Source: Dehalococcoidia bacterium | GTDB taxonomy: Bacteria > Chloroflexota > Dehalococcoidia > GIF9 > UBA5629 | Assembly (NCBI GenBank): GCA_050011565.1 | Contig: JBEKIW010000001.1 | Location: 608,001 to 672,000 of the forward strand | DNA: 64,000 bases | Reading direction: 5' to 3' | In this document: piece by piece, positions 9,316 to 19,592 of the stretch | Layout of the letters: every line of letters begins with the position of its first letter | Position numbering within the stretch: position 1 is the first letter of the stretch | Notes under the pieces: model-generated | The model's database searches: none | What the model was told of the DNA's origin: nothing | What the model saw: the letters and a program-made list of their open reading frames with translations, nothing else | Position numbers and translations under genes: made by a program

Positions 9316-9561
9316 TTAGCCGAGCCGGGCCACACATACCTCTCCGCCCTCTATGACCACTGTCATAGTCCTTCGGCAGTTAGGGCAGGTGAGTGGGCCG
9401 CTGTAGTTCATCTTGGATGGCTCCAGGGGGATACCTTTGCCGCAGCCCAAGCAGATTACACCTTCAGGTCGGCTCGAACCGGACTGGTGCTGTTTTTTAT
9501 GCCGGGCTAGCTCTTCGATATTCTCGAATTCAATTCCGCAGGTAACGCATTTAAATCGCAT
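9316..9561 (-). CDS. Small protein with a C2H2 zinc finger plus a Cys4 zinc ribbon
   Basis: CVTCGIEFENIEELARHKKQH and CLGC...CPNC; AAGGAG SD before ATG 9561. Confidence 0.85.
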   Translation of the reverse strand: MRFKCVTCGIEFENIEELARHKKQHQSGSSRPEGVICLGCGKGIPLEPSKMNYSGPLTCPNCRRTMTVVIEGGEVCVARLG

Positions 9562-9854
9562 CTCTGTCTCCTTTCTATAATATCTAAAGGTTTCCACCTC
9601 TCGAAAAAATTTATTATTTTCTCTAATTCTCGTTTTAAGTTCTATTTATCTGGTTGTTATAACGCAATACTGGTCGATAGGTTTACTGTGGGGTCGCATT
9701 AATCAACATCTGATATGTCATGCCGGTGCCGGTCAGTTGATGACTTATAATATTTTTAAAGGCTTTTTGGTTGGAAAGCTGGACCAGTTGAATGCCATCA
9801 TCACCCGCATGCCTGTTAGGATTCACTCAATTTTTCCCTAGTTGTATATGAGCA

Positions 9855-10442
9855 TCAAGCTATTTTTTGTATATGCTGTTTATGTTCTTCAAGTACCTTT
9901 TCGTACTGAGCATTGAGTTGACTGCTTAGATTAAGCCACTCCGCCTGGAACTGAGCTTGAAGCTGTGCTTCAATAGGTACGGCGTTACCGGATTGCTTTT
10001 GCAGAGTTTGACTGGATTCCTTTAGTCTTGCCTCAAACCCCTTTTTGAACTGCGTGTAGGTCTGCTGGCGAGCTTGCTCATAATAATTAAGCAGATTAGT
10101 TATCCGGTCGAGGATAGTTGCCAGCTGGTTTTTGTTTTCCTTCACTATTCTTAAGCCTGCCATGGCACGTTTGGTGATTTGTTGGTCGCGTTCATTTTGG
10201 GGAGGAATTATGTTGCGCATAAATATTTCCTGGGCGCCTTGAGCTATATATTTCCTCAATCCGGTGCCCTTGTATTTGGTTAGTTCAGCATCCAGGTTAT
10301 AATCCGTATCTTGAAGGTATTTAGCCGCCAGTTTATTTCCCACGGGAACGCACTCGAACTGTTTAATCTCCTCCTCAGTCAGTTTGCCCAGTTTTTCTAC
10401 TTTTTCCTGGGCCTTTTCCCAGGCGCTTTTCATCTCACCCAT
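9855..10442 (-). CDS. Conserved hypothetical alpha-helical protein
   Basis: 195-aa ORF with AGGAG SD, MGEMKSAWEKA start, coiled-coil-like composition. Confidence 0.8.
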   Translation of the reverse strand: MGEMKSAWEKAQEKVEKLGKLTEEEIKQFECVPVGNKLAAKYLQDTDYNLDAELTKYKGTGLRKYIAQGAQEIFMRNIIPPQNERDQQITKRAMAGLRIVKENKNQLATILDRITNLLNYYEQARQQTYTQFKKGFEARLKESSQTLQKQSGNAVPIEAQLQAQFQAEWLNLSSQLNAQYEKVLEEHKQHIQKIA

Positions 10443-10486
10443 GGTACGCTCCTATATCGAGACGGCTTCGGCGTAAAGAATTATTA

Positions 10487-11149
10487 TTAAGCGACTTTTG
10501 ATGCTTCATTTACGTAGAGTGCTCCCCATCTGTGCTGATGCGCTTGTTTGAGTCGTTGAAGCCGTGATTGGAAAGCGCTGGAAGTAAGAGAATCTGTTGT
10601 CATAATTACCGCGTCTTCGCCATTGTCGGTGTAGTAAGCCCGGCGCACACCGACCTTTTGGAATCCATATTTCTCGTATAGCGCCTGGGCCTCTCTATTT
10701 GAGATACGTGCTTCCAACGTCACCACATCGGCATGTAGCTGAGCGGCCATTTCGATGATTTGAACCAGCAGCCGCTCTCCTATGCCCTGCCGGCGGCAAG
10801 CATTTCGTGTAGCCAGTGTGGTTATGTGTGCCTCATCTACCATAATCCAGAAACCGCCAATGCCGACTATGTATTCCTTTGACATGGATGCCGTGTCTCC
10901 ACCAAAGAAGCGTTCCTGGTCGAAAAGGTGCAGTAATTTATATAAAAATCCTTTGTTCTCACAATCATGTGTTTCCGTTTCGCCTTCTATCGGTTTAGCG
11001 ACCACTATATAGCAGGCTAATCGGTTGCGGAGTTCCTGCTTAAAAGAAGTATATGATGGTCTGGGCCATTGTGTCGGAAAAGCCTCATGGTCAATCTCAA
11101 GAGCCTGAGGTATATCTTTATCCTGCATGCCTCGCACAATATAACGCAT
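10487..11149 (-). CDS. rimI: Ribosomal protein S18-alanine N-acetyltransferase (GNAT)
   Basis: EAHITTLA, RRQGIG, LYEKYGF...RRAYY...EDAVIM. Confidence 0.9.
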   Translation of the reverse strand: MRYIVRGMQDKDIPQALEIDHEAFPTQWPRPSYTSFKQELRNRLACYIVVAKPIEGETETHDCENKGFLYKLLHLFDQERFFGGDTASMSKEYIVGIGGFWIMVDEAHITTLATRNACRRQGIGERLLVQIIEMAAQLHADVVTLEARISNREAQALYEKYGFQKVGVRRAYYTDNGEDAVIMTTDSLTSSAFQSRLQRLKQAHQHRWGALYVNEASKVA

Positions 11150-11302
11150 TAGATGTCGGATATCTTGATTTTGCTGATTTCAAACTGCTGAAGGAGATTT
11201 TAGCATATTTTCTTGGTCGATGATAAGAAACTACACTATCATTTATCAAGCTGCTTGGTTATACTATAGACATAGATTGAACTGCCAGACTAGGAGGTTG
11301 CG

Positions 11303-11626
11303 ATGAAGGGGCAAGTTGTGGCTGAGGTGTCTATAGTCCCAATTGGCACTGCTGATGCCGGCATCAGCCGGTACGTCGCTGCTAGTCTTGAGGTTTTAGA
11401 GGGTAGGAAAGATTTGTCTTACCGTCTGACGCCAATGGGTACCGTTATCGAAGGTCCGCTCAATAAAGTACTTGAAGCAATCCGCGATATGCACGAAGTT
11501 CCGTTCAGCAAGGGGGCGGCGCGGGTGGTTACCAACATCAAGATTGATGACCGACGGGACAAAACAGCGACTATGAATGGCAAATTGGAATCCGTGCGCA
11601 AATTGAGGCCATCTATTAAAACTTGA
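11303..11626 (+). CDS. MTH1187/YkoF-family thiamine-binding protein
   Basis: AEVSIVPIG, LTPMGTVIEG, KIDDRRDK. Confidence 0.9.
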   Translation: MKGQVVAEVSIVPIGTADAGISRYVAASLEVLEGRKDLSYRLTPMGTVIEGPLNKVLEAIRDMHEVPFSKGAARVVTNIKIDDRRDKTATMNGKLESVRKLRPSIKT

Positions 11627-11627
11627 A

Positions 11628-12554
11628 ATGGTTGACTTAAGCGTCCAGTTAGCTCCAAACCATCCAAAAGGCCTGCTTCTGGCTAATCCCGTAATGACAG
11701 CCTCGGGCACATTCGGCTATGGAATTGAATATAGCGAGCTAATTGATATACAAAGGCTGGGGGCTATAGTTTGTAAAGGCACAACCTTGAAACCGAGAGA
11801 AGGCAACCCTCAACCGCGGTTGGTTGAAACAGCTTCGGGTGTGCTAAATTCGGTAGGTCTGGAGAATGTTGGGGTTGAGGCTGTAATAAAGGAAAAAGCT
11901 CCAATTTGGGCAAAATGGCAGGTGCCCGTTATTGTTAATATCGCAGGTGAAACAATAGACGAATATAAAGAAATTGCTGCCAGATTAGAAGGCGTTGCCG
12001 GCATAGGTGGTATTGAGGTAAATATAAGTTGCCCTAACGTGTCGTCTGGAGGAATCGAGTTTTGCACAAACAGCGTGTCTGCCGCGGAAGTGACCGCAAA
12101 AGTTAAATCGGTCAGCAGCTTACCCGTAATCGTAAAGCTAAGCCCTAATGTAACTGATATCGGTGAGATTGCCTTGGCGGTAACTGAAGCCGGAGCCGAT
12201 GCCATAACCCTGATTAATACGGTTCGGGGAATGGCTATAGATGCAAGTAGATGCCGACCTTCCCTGGGAAACGGCGTGGGCGGACTTTCCGGGCCAGCTA
12301 TCAAGCCGATAGCTCTTTACATGGTGTATAAAGTTGCCGGAATCGTAGATATACCTATAGTTGGTTGCGGTGGCATCAGTTGTATCGAGGACGCTATAGA
12401 ATTCCTGATGGCTGGTGCCAGTGCAGTCGAGGTTGGTACGGCTAACTTGACCAGTCCTCAGGCGGCTCTCGAGGTGCTGAACGGCATCGAGCAATTCATG
12501 ATAAAAAAGGGCGCGCCCAATCTAAAGGCCGTTATTGGCAAAGCCAGAAGCTGA
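11628..12554 (+). CDS. pyrD: Dihydroorotate dehydrogenase, class 1 catalytic subunit
   Basis: ASGTFG, GNPQPR, NISCPN, KLSPN, GGLSGPAIKP. Confidence 0.96.
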   Translation: MVDLSVQLAPNHPKGLLLANPVMTASGTFGYGIEYSELIDIQRLGAIVCKGTTLKPREGNPQPRLVETASGVLNSVGLENVGVEAVIKEKAPIWAKWQVPVIVNIAGETIDEYKEIAARLEGVAGIGGIEVNISCPNVSSGGIEFCTNSVSAAEVTAKVKSVSSLPVIVKLSPNVTDIGEIALAVTEAGADAITLINTVRGMAIDASRCRPSLGNGVGGLSGPAIKPIALYMVYKVAGIVDIPIVGCGGISCIEDAIEFLMAGASAVEVGTANLTSPQAALEVLNGIEQFMIKKGAPNLKAVIGKARS

Positions 12555-12563
12555 TATCTCGTT

Positions 12564-12971
12564 TCAATTATTCCTGGCAGCTACTTCTTTCTTAATAAAC
12601 TCAATAATCTTGGGTGTGGGGGTACCAGGTCCAAAAACAGCTTTTATGCCCATTTTACGCAACGCAGGTATGTCCTCATCAGGTATAATACCGCCGGCAA
12701 CAAGTAGAACATCGGTCTTTCCTTTTTTCTTGAGTCCAGCCGCAATCAGCGGGAACAGCACCAGGTGTGCTCCGGAGAGGATGCTTAAGCCAACGACATC
12801 GACATCCTCTTGCACGGCGGCTTCAACTATCATCTCTGGTGTTTGCCTTATTCCAGTGTAAACTACCTCCATGCCGGCGTCTCGTAGCGCTCTAGCAACG
12901 ACCTTAGCTCCACGGTCATGGCCGTCAAGACCAGGTTTAGCCACCAGTACTCGGATTTTATCTTCTGCCAT
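12564..12971 (-). CDS. Methylmalonyl-CoA mutase cobalamin-binding small subunit
   Basis: [10 protein letters not shown] (DxHxxG), SILSGAH, GGIIP. Confidence 0.96.
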   Translation of the reverse strand: MAEDKIRVLVAKPGLDGHDRGAKVVARALRDAGMEVVYTGIRQTPEMIVEAAVQEDVDVVGLSILSGAHLVLFPLIAAGLKKKGKTDVLLVAGGIIPDEDIPALRKMGIKAVFGPGTPTPKIIEFIKKEVAARNN

Positions 12972-12982
12972 GGCCTTTCTCC

Positions 12983-13384
12983 TTATACTTTTTGTGCCAG
13001 TTCAATCAGCACACCTTTGGTTGATTTAGGATGTAAGAAACCGACTTTACCGGCCAAACCAGGACGCCCCTGCTTATCAATAAGTTGAACGCCTTTATTG
13101 GCCAATGTAGTGAGCTCGTGGTCGACGTCCTCGACTTCCAGGCAAATGTGATGAATTCCCTCGCCTCGGATTTCCAGGAATTTGGCGATGCCGCTTTGTG
13201 GGTCGATAGGTTCGAGAAGCTCAATTTCACTGCCTTCACCCATGGGTAGCAAGGCTGCTTTTACCCCCTGCTGTTTGATGGTCTCTATCTTGCTGGGTTT
13301 AACATTGAACAGGTTATCATAAAGTTGAAGTGCCTCATCCAGGTTTTTGACTGCAATAGCGATATGGTCGACTTTCTTAATCAT
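12983..13384 (-). CDS. mce: Methylmalonyl-CoA epimerase
   Basis: [36 protein letters not shown]; operon context. Confidence 0.93.
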   Translation of the reverse strand: MIKKVDHIAIAVKNLDEALQLYDNLFNVKPSKIETIKQQGVKAALLPMGEGSEIELLEPIDPQSGIAKFLEIRGEGIHHICLEVEDVDHELTTLANKGVQLIDKQGRPGLAGKVGFLHPKSTKGVLIELAQKV

Positions 13385-13393
13385 TTTCCTCCT

Positions 13394-14539
13394 CTAACCT
13401 TCTCTCAAAAGAGCTCTGGCTATGGTCATTCTCTGCATCTCTGAGGTTCCCTCATAAATTTCGGTTATTTTAGCATCGCGCAGGTAGCGTTCTACTGGAT
13501 AATCTTTACAGTAGCCATAGCCGCCGTGAATTTGGATAGCATTATTGGTAACCATTTTCGATGTTTCCGCGGCGTAGACTTTGGCCATAGCCGCCTCTTT
13601 AATAAATGGGATATTATGGTCTTTCAGCCAGGCAGCGCGATAAGTCAGCAGACGGGCAGCATCGATATGTGTTGCCATATCGGCCAGCATCCACTGAATC
13701 GCCTGGAAGTTAGCCAGTGGCTCTCCGAATTGCTGGCGGTCCTTGGCATAGATAAGAGAATCATCAAACGCGGCTTGTGCAATACCCAATGCCTGAGCAG
13801 CCACCGTCACCCGGCTGGAATCTATAGCCTCCATGGCTACTCTCAGCCCACGACCCTTTTCACCCAGAAGGCTGGCTGCCGGAATTTGGCAGTTTTCAAA
13901 GACCAGCTCGGTTGTTGATGAGCCCCGTATACCGAGTTTATTCTCTTCCTTGCCCACCGAGAAACCGGGAGTACCTTTTTCAACTATAAAAGCTGTGATG
14001 CCCCGATGCCCCAAAGATTTATCGACATTGGCAAAAACGACGGCGGTCCCGGCTTCAGCGCCGTTGGTTATAAATATTTTAGTGCCGTTGAGGATATACT
14101 TATCGCCTTGAAGTGTAGCAGTAGTTGCTAACGCTCCAGCGTCGCTTCCAGCTCCGGATTCGGTCAACGCGAAGCAGGCTAGCTTTTCGCCTTTGGCTAA
14201 CGGTGTAACATACTTGTGCTTTTGCTCTTCGCTGCCAAACTTGTAAATGGGGTAGCAGGCTAGTGATAAGCTGGCTAGAAAGACCGTGCCCACAGAAGCT
14301 GAAGCGCGGCAAAGTTCTTCGGCAGCAATCGCCATGCCTAGATAATCTCCGGCGCAGCCTCCATACTCTTCAGAAATAGTTATGCCGAACAGCCCCAAGT
14401 TGGCTGCTTTCTTAATGATTTCAGTCGGGCATTTCCCTTCCTCGTCGATTTTTGCTGCCAGAGGCTTAACTTCATTGGTGGCAAAGTCACGCACCATGGT
14501 CTGGAACATCTTTTGCTCTTCAGTTAGTTGGAAATCCAT
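13394..14539 (-). CDS. Acyl-CoA dehydrogenase (short/branched-chain type)
   Basis: FALTESGAGSD, KLGIRGS, QIHGGYGY, IYEGTSE. Confidence 0.96.
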   Translation of the reverse strand: MDFQLTEEQKMFQTMVRDFATNEVKPLAAKIDEEGKCPTEIIKKAANLGLFGITISEEYGGCAGDYLGMAIAAEELCRASASVGTVFLASLSLACYPIYKFGSEEQKHKYVTPLAKGEKLACFALTESGAGSDAGALATTATLQGDKYILNGTKIFITNGAEAGTAVVFANVDKSLGHRGITAFIVEKGTPGFSVGKEENKLGIRGSSTTELVFENCQIPAASLLGEKGRGLRVAMEAIDSSRVTVAAQALGIAQAAFDDSLIYAKDRQQFGEPLANFQAIQWMLADMATHIDAARLLTYRAAWLKDHNIPFIKEAAMAKVYAAETSKMVTNNAIQIHGGYGYCKDYPVERYLRDAKITEIYEGTSEMQRMTIARALLREG

Positions 14540-14577
14540 ATGACACTCCTCCTTGTTTTATATATAGGCGTGTCTGT

Positions 14578-16233
14578 TTAAAAGACAAGGTATTCTTTCT
14601 GTGTGCCAAAGACTTTGCGCAGCACATCGCATATCTCACCGACGCTGGCATAAGCCTCAACACAATCGATAAATGCCGGCATGGTATTATCCTGGCTACG
14701 AGCTATTTCTTCGAGTTTTTTGAGCGCTTTCATAACCTTGCCGTTATCTCTATTTTTCTTTATCCCGGTTAATCGTTCTATTTGCTTCCTTTCCAGTTCT
14801 GGGTCTACTCGCAGGAGTTCTGGTATTTCAGTGGAGGGAGAGACAAATTTATTGACACCCACCACAGTAGATTTATTCTCCTCGATATTTTTCTGCTGGC
14901 GATAAGAGCTTTCCTGAATTTCCTTTTGTTGAAAACCCTGCTCTATGGCGGCCACAGCACCCCCCAACTTATCGATTTTATCGATGTATTCGGAGGCTAG
15001 TTTTTCTAAAGCATCAGTAAGATACTCCATGAAATAGGAGCCACCAACGGGGTCGACAATATCGCCGATACCCATCTCGTACGCTAATAGCTGTTGAGTG
15101 CGTAAGGCAATGGTTACTGCTTCCTGTGACGGCGTGGCATAGGCCTCATCGAAAGAATTGGTATGAAGAGATTGTGTTCCACCGAGAGCAGCGGCCAAAG
15201 CCTGGATGGCCACTCTGACGATATTGTTATATGGTTGTTGTGCAGTTAAAGTGCAGCCGGCGGTCTGCGTATGGAAACGGAGCATCATCGAACGTGGGTC
15301 TTTGGCTTTAAACCTTTGACTCATAATCTTCGCCCAGAGGCGACGCGCCGCTCTAAACTTAGCCACCTCCTCAAAGAGATTGTTATGGGCGTTAAAAAAG
15401 AAGGACAGCCTGCCGGCAAATTCATCCACATCCAGGCCGGCATCAATAGCTGCCTGAACATAAGCGATACCATTGGCCAGAGTAAAGGCGATTTCCTGGG
15501 CTGCCGTGGAGCCAGCTTCACGTATGTGATAGCCGCTGATGCTGATGGTATTCCAACGAGGTATGTAACGGCTGCAATAAGCAAAAATGTCGGTGGCCAG
15601 CCGCATCGAGGGACGAGGCGGAAAGATGTGAGTGCCTCGAGCAATATATTCCTTGAGTACATCATTTTGGACAGTGCCGTCCAGCTTAGCCGGGTCGATG
15701 CCTTGTTTCTTAGCCAGTGCCATGTACATGGCCAGAAGTATGGGCGCTGTAGAGTTTATGGTCATCGATGTGCTGACTTTGTCTAATGGAATATCTTTAA
15801 ACAGAATTTCCATGTCCTCTAAGGTATCGATAGCTACTCCGACTTTACCGACTTCCCCCCTGGCAAGAGGGTTATCTGAATCGTATCCGATTTGGGTAGG
15901 CAGTTGAAAGGCAATGCTCAGGCCCGTTAGTCCTTGTTCCAGAAGATACCGGTAGCGCTTGTTAGACTCCTCGGCAGTGCCAAAGCCGGCGTACTGACGC
16001 ATGGTCCACAGTCTGCCACGATACATATTTGGCTGTATCCCGCGGGTAAAGGGGTATTCTCCGGGATAGCCCAAATCAGCATGATAGTTGAAGTCCGACA
16101 TATCATCCGGTGCATAAACGGGCGAGATGTCGATTCCGGAGCTGGTCTTAAATTTCTCTTGTCTCTCGGGAAAGCGATTGACGGTTGGAGCTACAGTGAC
16201 TTTTTGCCACTCTTGCTTGTTTTTGCTCGACAT
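14578..16233 (-). CDS. Methylmalonyl-CoA mutase substrate-binding large subunit
   Basis: WTMRQYAGF (Tyr of MCM type), [31 protein letters not shown]. Confidence 0.95.
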   Translation of the reverse strand: MSSKNKQEWQKVTVAPTVNRFPERQEKFKTSSGIDISPVYAPDDMSDFNYHADLGYPGEYPFTRGIQPNMYRGRLWTMRQYAGFGTAEESNKRYRYLLEQGLTGLSIAFQLPTQIGYDSDNPLARGEVGKVGVAIDTLEDMEILFKDIPLDKVSTSMTINSTAPILLAMYMALAKKQGIDPAKLDGTVQNDVLKEYIARGTHIFPPRPSMRLATDIFAYCSRYIPRWNTISISGYHIREAGSTAAQEIAFTLANGIAYVQAAIDAGLDVDEFAGRLSFFFNAHNNLFEEVAKFRAARRLWAKIMSQRFKAKDPRSMMLRFHTQTAGCTLTAQQPYNNIVRVAIQALAAALGGTQSLHTNSFDEAYATPSQEAVTIALRTQQLLAYEMGIGDIVDPVGGSYFMEYLTDALEKLASEYIDKIDKLGGAVAAIEQGFQQKEIQESSYRQQKNIEENKSTVVGVNKFVSPSTEIPELLRVDPELERKQIERLTGIKKNRDNGKVMKALKKLEEIARSQDNTMPAFIDCVEAYASVGEICDVLRKVFGTQKEYLVF

Positions 16234-16337
16234 CAGTGGTCTCCTACTGCTAAATCTACGACTCCGGGTCGGGACATTGTAACACGAGTGACAGGAATTG
16301 ATAAAGTATTTATGAGCAGTTTTGGTGGAGGCCTAAT

Positions 16338-16952
16338 TTACTGCGGCATATTTCCGGCGGCCAGTTTTTGGCCGATGGAGAAGGCATCTTTCAGTGCTGT
16401 TGGATGTAAATGGATAGACTCACTTTCGTCGATTCCGGAAAAAACCACTTCGCCGGCGTACTTGATATCCAGAGTTGTGAACCAGCTTTTGACGGTAGCC
16501 ATGGCTGGCTTAAATAGATTACGTAGTTTTGTTCCACCTACGGAGACAAAGATTCCTTTGCGTTCTTTACCGGGGTTAATCGCTACTGGAAGCTTAAGTA
16601 CATATTTGATGACCCAGAGTGCCTGGCAGCGGTCAATCATGGCTTTGGTTTGCGCCGTAACACCCATAAAAAAGATGGGGGAGGCTAAAACTATACGGTC
16701 GGCCCCTCTTAAATCGGTGTGCAGCCATTGCATATCGTCGTCCACCACACATTTACCCGTTTTAATACAGCCATCGCAGTGACGGCAGGGTAAGATGTTC
16801 AGTTCGCTCAGGACCACTGTTTTAGTTTCGGCTCCCTGGCTTGATGCGCCGGCCATCACCTGTTGAAGCAGATGGTCGGTGTTACCATCGCGGCGTGGGC
16901 TACCGGCAATACCCAAAACCTTCAGTTGAGGAGCACGTTTATTCTGTGACAA
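16338..16952 (-). CDS. Iron-sulfur flavoprotein / multimeric flavodoxin family protein
   Basis: GSPRRDGNT, CRHCDGC...C, DDM, ASPIFF. Confidence 0.92.
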   Translation of the reverse strand: MSQNKRAPQLKVLGIAGSPRRDGNTDHLLQQVMAGASSQGAETKTVVLSELNILPCRHCDGCIKTGKCVVDDDMQWLHTDLRGADRIVLASPIFFMGVTAQTKAMIDRCQALWVIKYVLKLPVAINPGKERKGIFVSVGGTKLRNLFKPAMATVKSWFTTLDIKYAGEVVFSGIDESESIHLHPTALKDAFSIGQKLAAGNMPQ

Positions 16953-17184
16953 CTTACCACCTGGTTATTTCTGCTCTTTATATGATAGCATTTCCTTTGG
17001 ATATTTGGGGGAAATTTGTCTCTCAGTGTTAGTTTATAATGTTCAGCGGCATGCATCTTGATTATGCTGAAGGATGACCCGGTAATAAATTAATGGCTAC
17101 GCTTGTTGGTGTTTTGCATGCGGTGGTGAAATAGGCTAAAATTGAAGCCGCTTTTATGGCTGATAACAAGAAGGGGGAGCTTAT

Positions 17185-17886
17185 ATGACCAAAACCGAGA
17201 TATTAAAGCAAGCCAGAAAAGAGAACAGGACACAATTAACGGAGGTCGAGTCTAAAGAACTTATTAAAGAAGCTGGAATACCTGTCGTTGAAGCCAAGCT
17301 GGCTCAAACAAAGACTGAAGCAATTTCTTTGAGCAAAAAGATGGGCTTCCCCGTAGCGATGAAAATAGTCTCACCTGACGTTATTCATAAGAGCGATTCC
17401 GGCGGCGTTGAATTAGGCTTGACTAATGCGGCTCAGGTAGGCGAGGCTTACGTCAAAATCCTATCTGCTATTAAGAAGCACTACCCAAAGGCGAAAATAC
17501 AGGGTGTATCTGTGCAGAAAATGGCACGTCCCGGGGTAGAAGTCATCGTAGGTATGACCAAGGATGCACAATTCGGGCCGGTGTTAATGTTTGGGCTGGG
17601 CGGGATACTGGTTGAAGTATTGAAAGATGTCGCTTTTCGTATAGTCCCGCTGACCAAGAGGGATGCCCACGAGATGATAAAGGATATAAAAGGTTATCCG
17701 GTGCTCGAGGGTTATAGAGGTCATGAACCCGCGGATATTGCTTTTCTAGAGGATTTGATACTAAAGGTTTCCGATTTCGTTGATAAGAATCCCGAAATAA
17801 AAGAGCTTGACCTTAATCCGGTTTTCGCTTATAAGAACAGGGCAGTGGCGGTTGATGCCAGGGTGATTTTAGAGCCTGCTTCGTAA
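17185..17886 (+). CDS. ADP-forming acyl-CoA synthetase beta (ATP-grasp) subunit
   Basis: KIVSPDVIHKSDSGGV, FGPVLMFGLGG, ELDLNP, VDAR. Confidence 0.93.
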   Translation: MTKTEILKQARKENRTQLTEVESKELIKEAGIPVVEAKLAQTKTEAISLSKKMGFPVAMKIVSPDVIHKSDSGGVELGLTNAAQVGEAYVKILSAIKKHYPKAKIQGVSVQKMARPGVEVIVGMTKDAQFGPVLMFGLGGILVEVLKDVAFRIVPLTKRDAHEMIKDIKGYPVLEGYRGHEPADIAFLEDLILKVSDFVDKNPEIKELDLNPVFAYKNRAVAVDARVILEPAS

Positions 17887-18036
17887 TAGCAGATGTTCGT
17901 TAATTCTCTTACCACTCTCGGTTCCTTCGTGCAACATTTCGCAGAAGTCAGTCCCCATCTATGGGTCCCTAATATCAAACAATCACGATACTTGGCTTGA
18001 CACCAAATCTTGACATTGTTAGTATTGGTTTCACAA

Positions 18037-18112
18037 GGGGATATAGCTCAATAGGGAGAGCGCCGCGTTCGCATCGCGGAGGTCGGGGGTTCGAATCCCC
18101 CTATCTCCACCA
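18037..18112 (+). tRNA. tRNA-Ala(CGC)
   Basis: GGGGATA/TATCTCC acceptor stem with G3:U70, CCGCG-TTCGCAT-CGCGG anticodon arm, CCA end. Confidence 0.96.
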
Positions 18113-18339
18113 AATATGATTGTAAGAACCTAAAAATCCCCAGCGCTATCCTTAAATTTTACGATTTTGTAACTATTGTGTATCCGATTTTATAACTTTT
18201 CCACGGTTAAGCCGCTAGAATGAGCATATTATTCAAATCAGTTGTATAATCTATAATTGTGACTATTTTGACGACGCCCTTTTGCCTGCCGTTAGAGATT
18301 TGTTCCGAAACTAAATCCACATCTAAAAGGAGTATATAA

Positions 18340-19476
18340 ATGTTCAGAGGTGGCATACCAATAGGAAAAGCATTCGGTATATCTCTCAGGCTGCATTATT
18401 CCTGGTTTTTCATTTTTGCTCTGGTAACATGGTCGTTGGCTGCAGTTTATTTCCCAGCCACTCATCCAGAATGGAGTTTGTCACTGAAAATAGGGGCTGG
18501 TCTACTAGCGAGCCTCCTGTTCTTCGGCTCGGTGTTGTTTCATGAGCTTATGCACAGCCTGGTCTCCATACGCCAGGGTACGCAAATCCAGTCCATAACT
18601 CTATTCTTTTTGGGCGGCGTCTCAGAGATGACCGGAGAACCTAAAACAGCCGGTGACGAGTTCCGTATGGCGGCTGCCGGTCCATTCAGCAGTCTCGTCC
18701 TTGGCGGCCTGTTTCTGGGGATTTATTTCGCATTGCGCAGTGCCACCAGCGAAGCCGCCCAATTCGGAGCCGCCATTTCCTTCTATCTCGGATTAATTAA
18801 TATACTGCTTGGCGTCTTTAATTTGATACCCGGCTTTCCATTGGACGGCGGGCGCGTACTCAGGTCATTGATATGGTGGCGAAGCCGAAATTTGCAGAGC
18901 GCTACTAAAATTGCGTCAAACATCGGCCGTGTCATTGGGTTCCTGTTCATTTTTGGCGGCATATGGCTCGCTTTCACGGGTAACTTATTCAATGGTATCT
19001 GGTTGGTACTTATAGGGTGGTTTTTGGAGACCGCTGCCAGCGGTAGTTACAGACAGATGTTGCTTCAAGATATGCTCAAAGGACATACTGCCAGCGAAGT
19101 TATGTCGCGAGACTGCATGGTGGTACCACCGGATATCACTGTTGAGCGCCTGGTAAATGAGCATATATTGAGTTCAGGCAGGCGCTGCTTCCCTGTGGTC
19201 TCAGGAGGTCATACCGAAGGCCTCGTGACATTAGGTAATGTAAGGTCGATTCCCCGTGATGCCCGGAAGACAACACTGGTTAGAGAGGCCATGACCCCAC
19301 TCAGCCAGGTGAAATCAGTGTCACCGAACGAAGACCTGGGTAATATTCTGCAGATTTTATCTGAAAACGATATCAACCAGGTTCCGGTTGTCTGGGAAAA
19401 TAAAGTGGTGGGTATCGTAGCCCGGGATAACCTGATTAACTTCATCAATACCAGAAATGAACTTCAGCGTGGCTGA
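18340..19476 (+). CDS. Site-2 protease (M50) with tandem CBS domains
   Basis: HELMH, AAAGP, NLIPGFPLDGG, C-terminal CBS pair. Confidence 0.95.
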   Translation: MFRGGIPIGKAFGISLRLHYSWFFIFALVTWSLAAVYFPATHPEWSLSLKIGAGLLASLLFFGSVLFHELMHSLVSIRQGTQIQSITLFFLGGVSEMTGEPKTAGDEFRMAAAGPFSSLVLGGLFLGIYFALRSATSEAAQFGAAISFYLGLINILLGVFNLIPGFPLDGGRVLRSLIWWRSRNLQSATKIASNIGRVIGFLFIFGGIWLAFTGNLFNGIWLVLIGWFLETAASGSYRQMLLQDMLKGHTASEVMSRDCMVVPPDITVERLVNEHILSSGRRCFPVVSGGHTEGLVTLGNVRSIPRDARKTTLVREAMTPLSQVKSVSPNEDLGNILQILSENDINQVPVVWENKVVGIVARDNLINFINTRNELQRG

Positions 19477-19592
19477 GTACTTGACAGCCAAAATAACTTT
19501 TAGTTAAAGTAATATACTTATAGATTGAGGTACCTGTTTGATGCAATGCCTGTCCCTGGACGGGCTTCTATTTTGAGGGAGGTTATAAGAAC

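Noticed and set aside
9600-9850. 250-nt intergenic stretch as a possible ncRNA or riboswitch
   Set aside because: No recognisable aptamer motif or strong stem found by eye; an Rfam search would be needed
15934-16782. 282-aa plus-strand ORF
   Set aside because: Antisense to the mutase and flavoprotein genes, with no motifs
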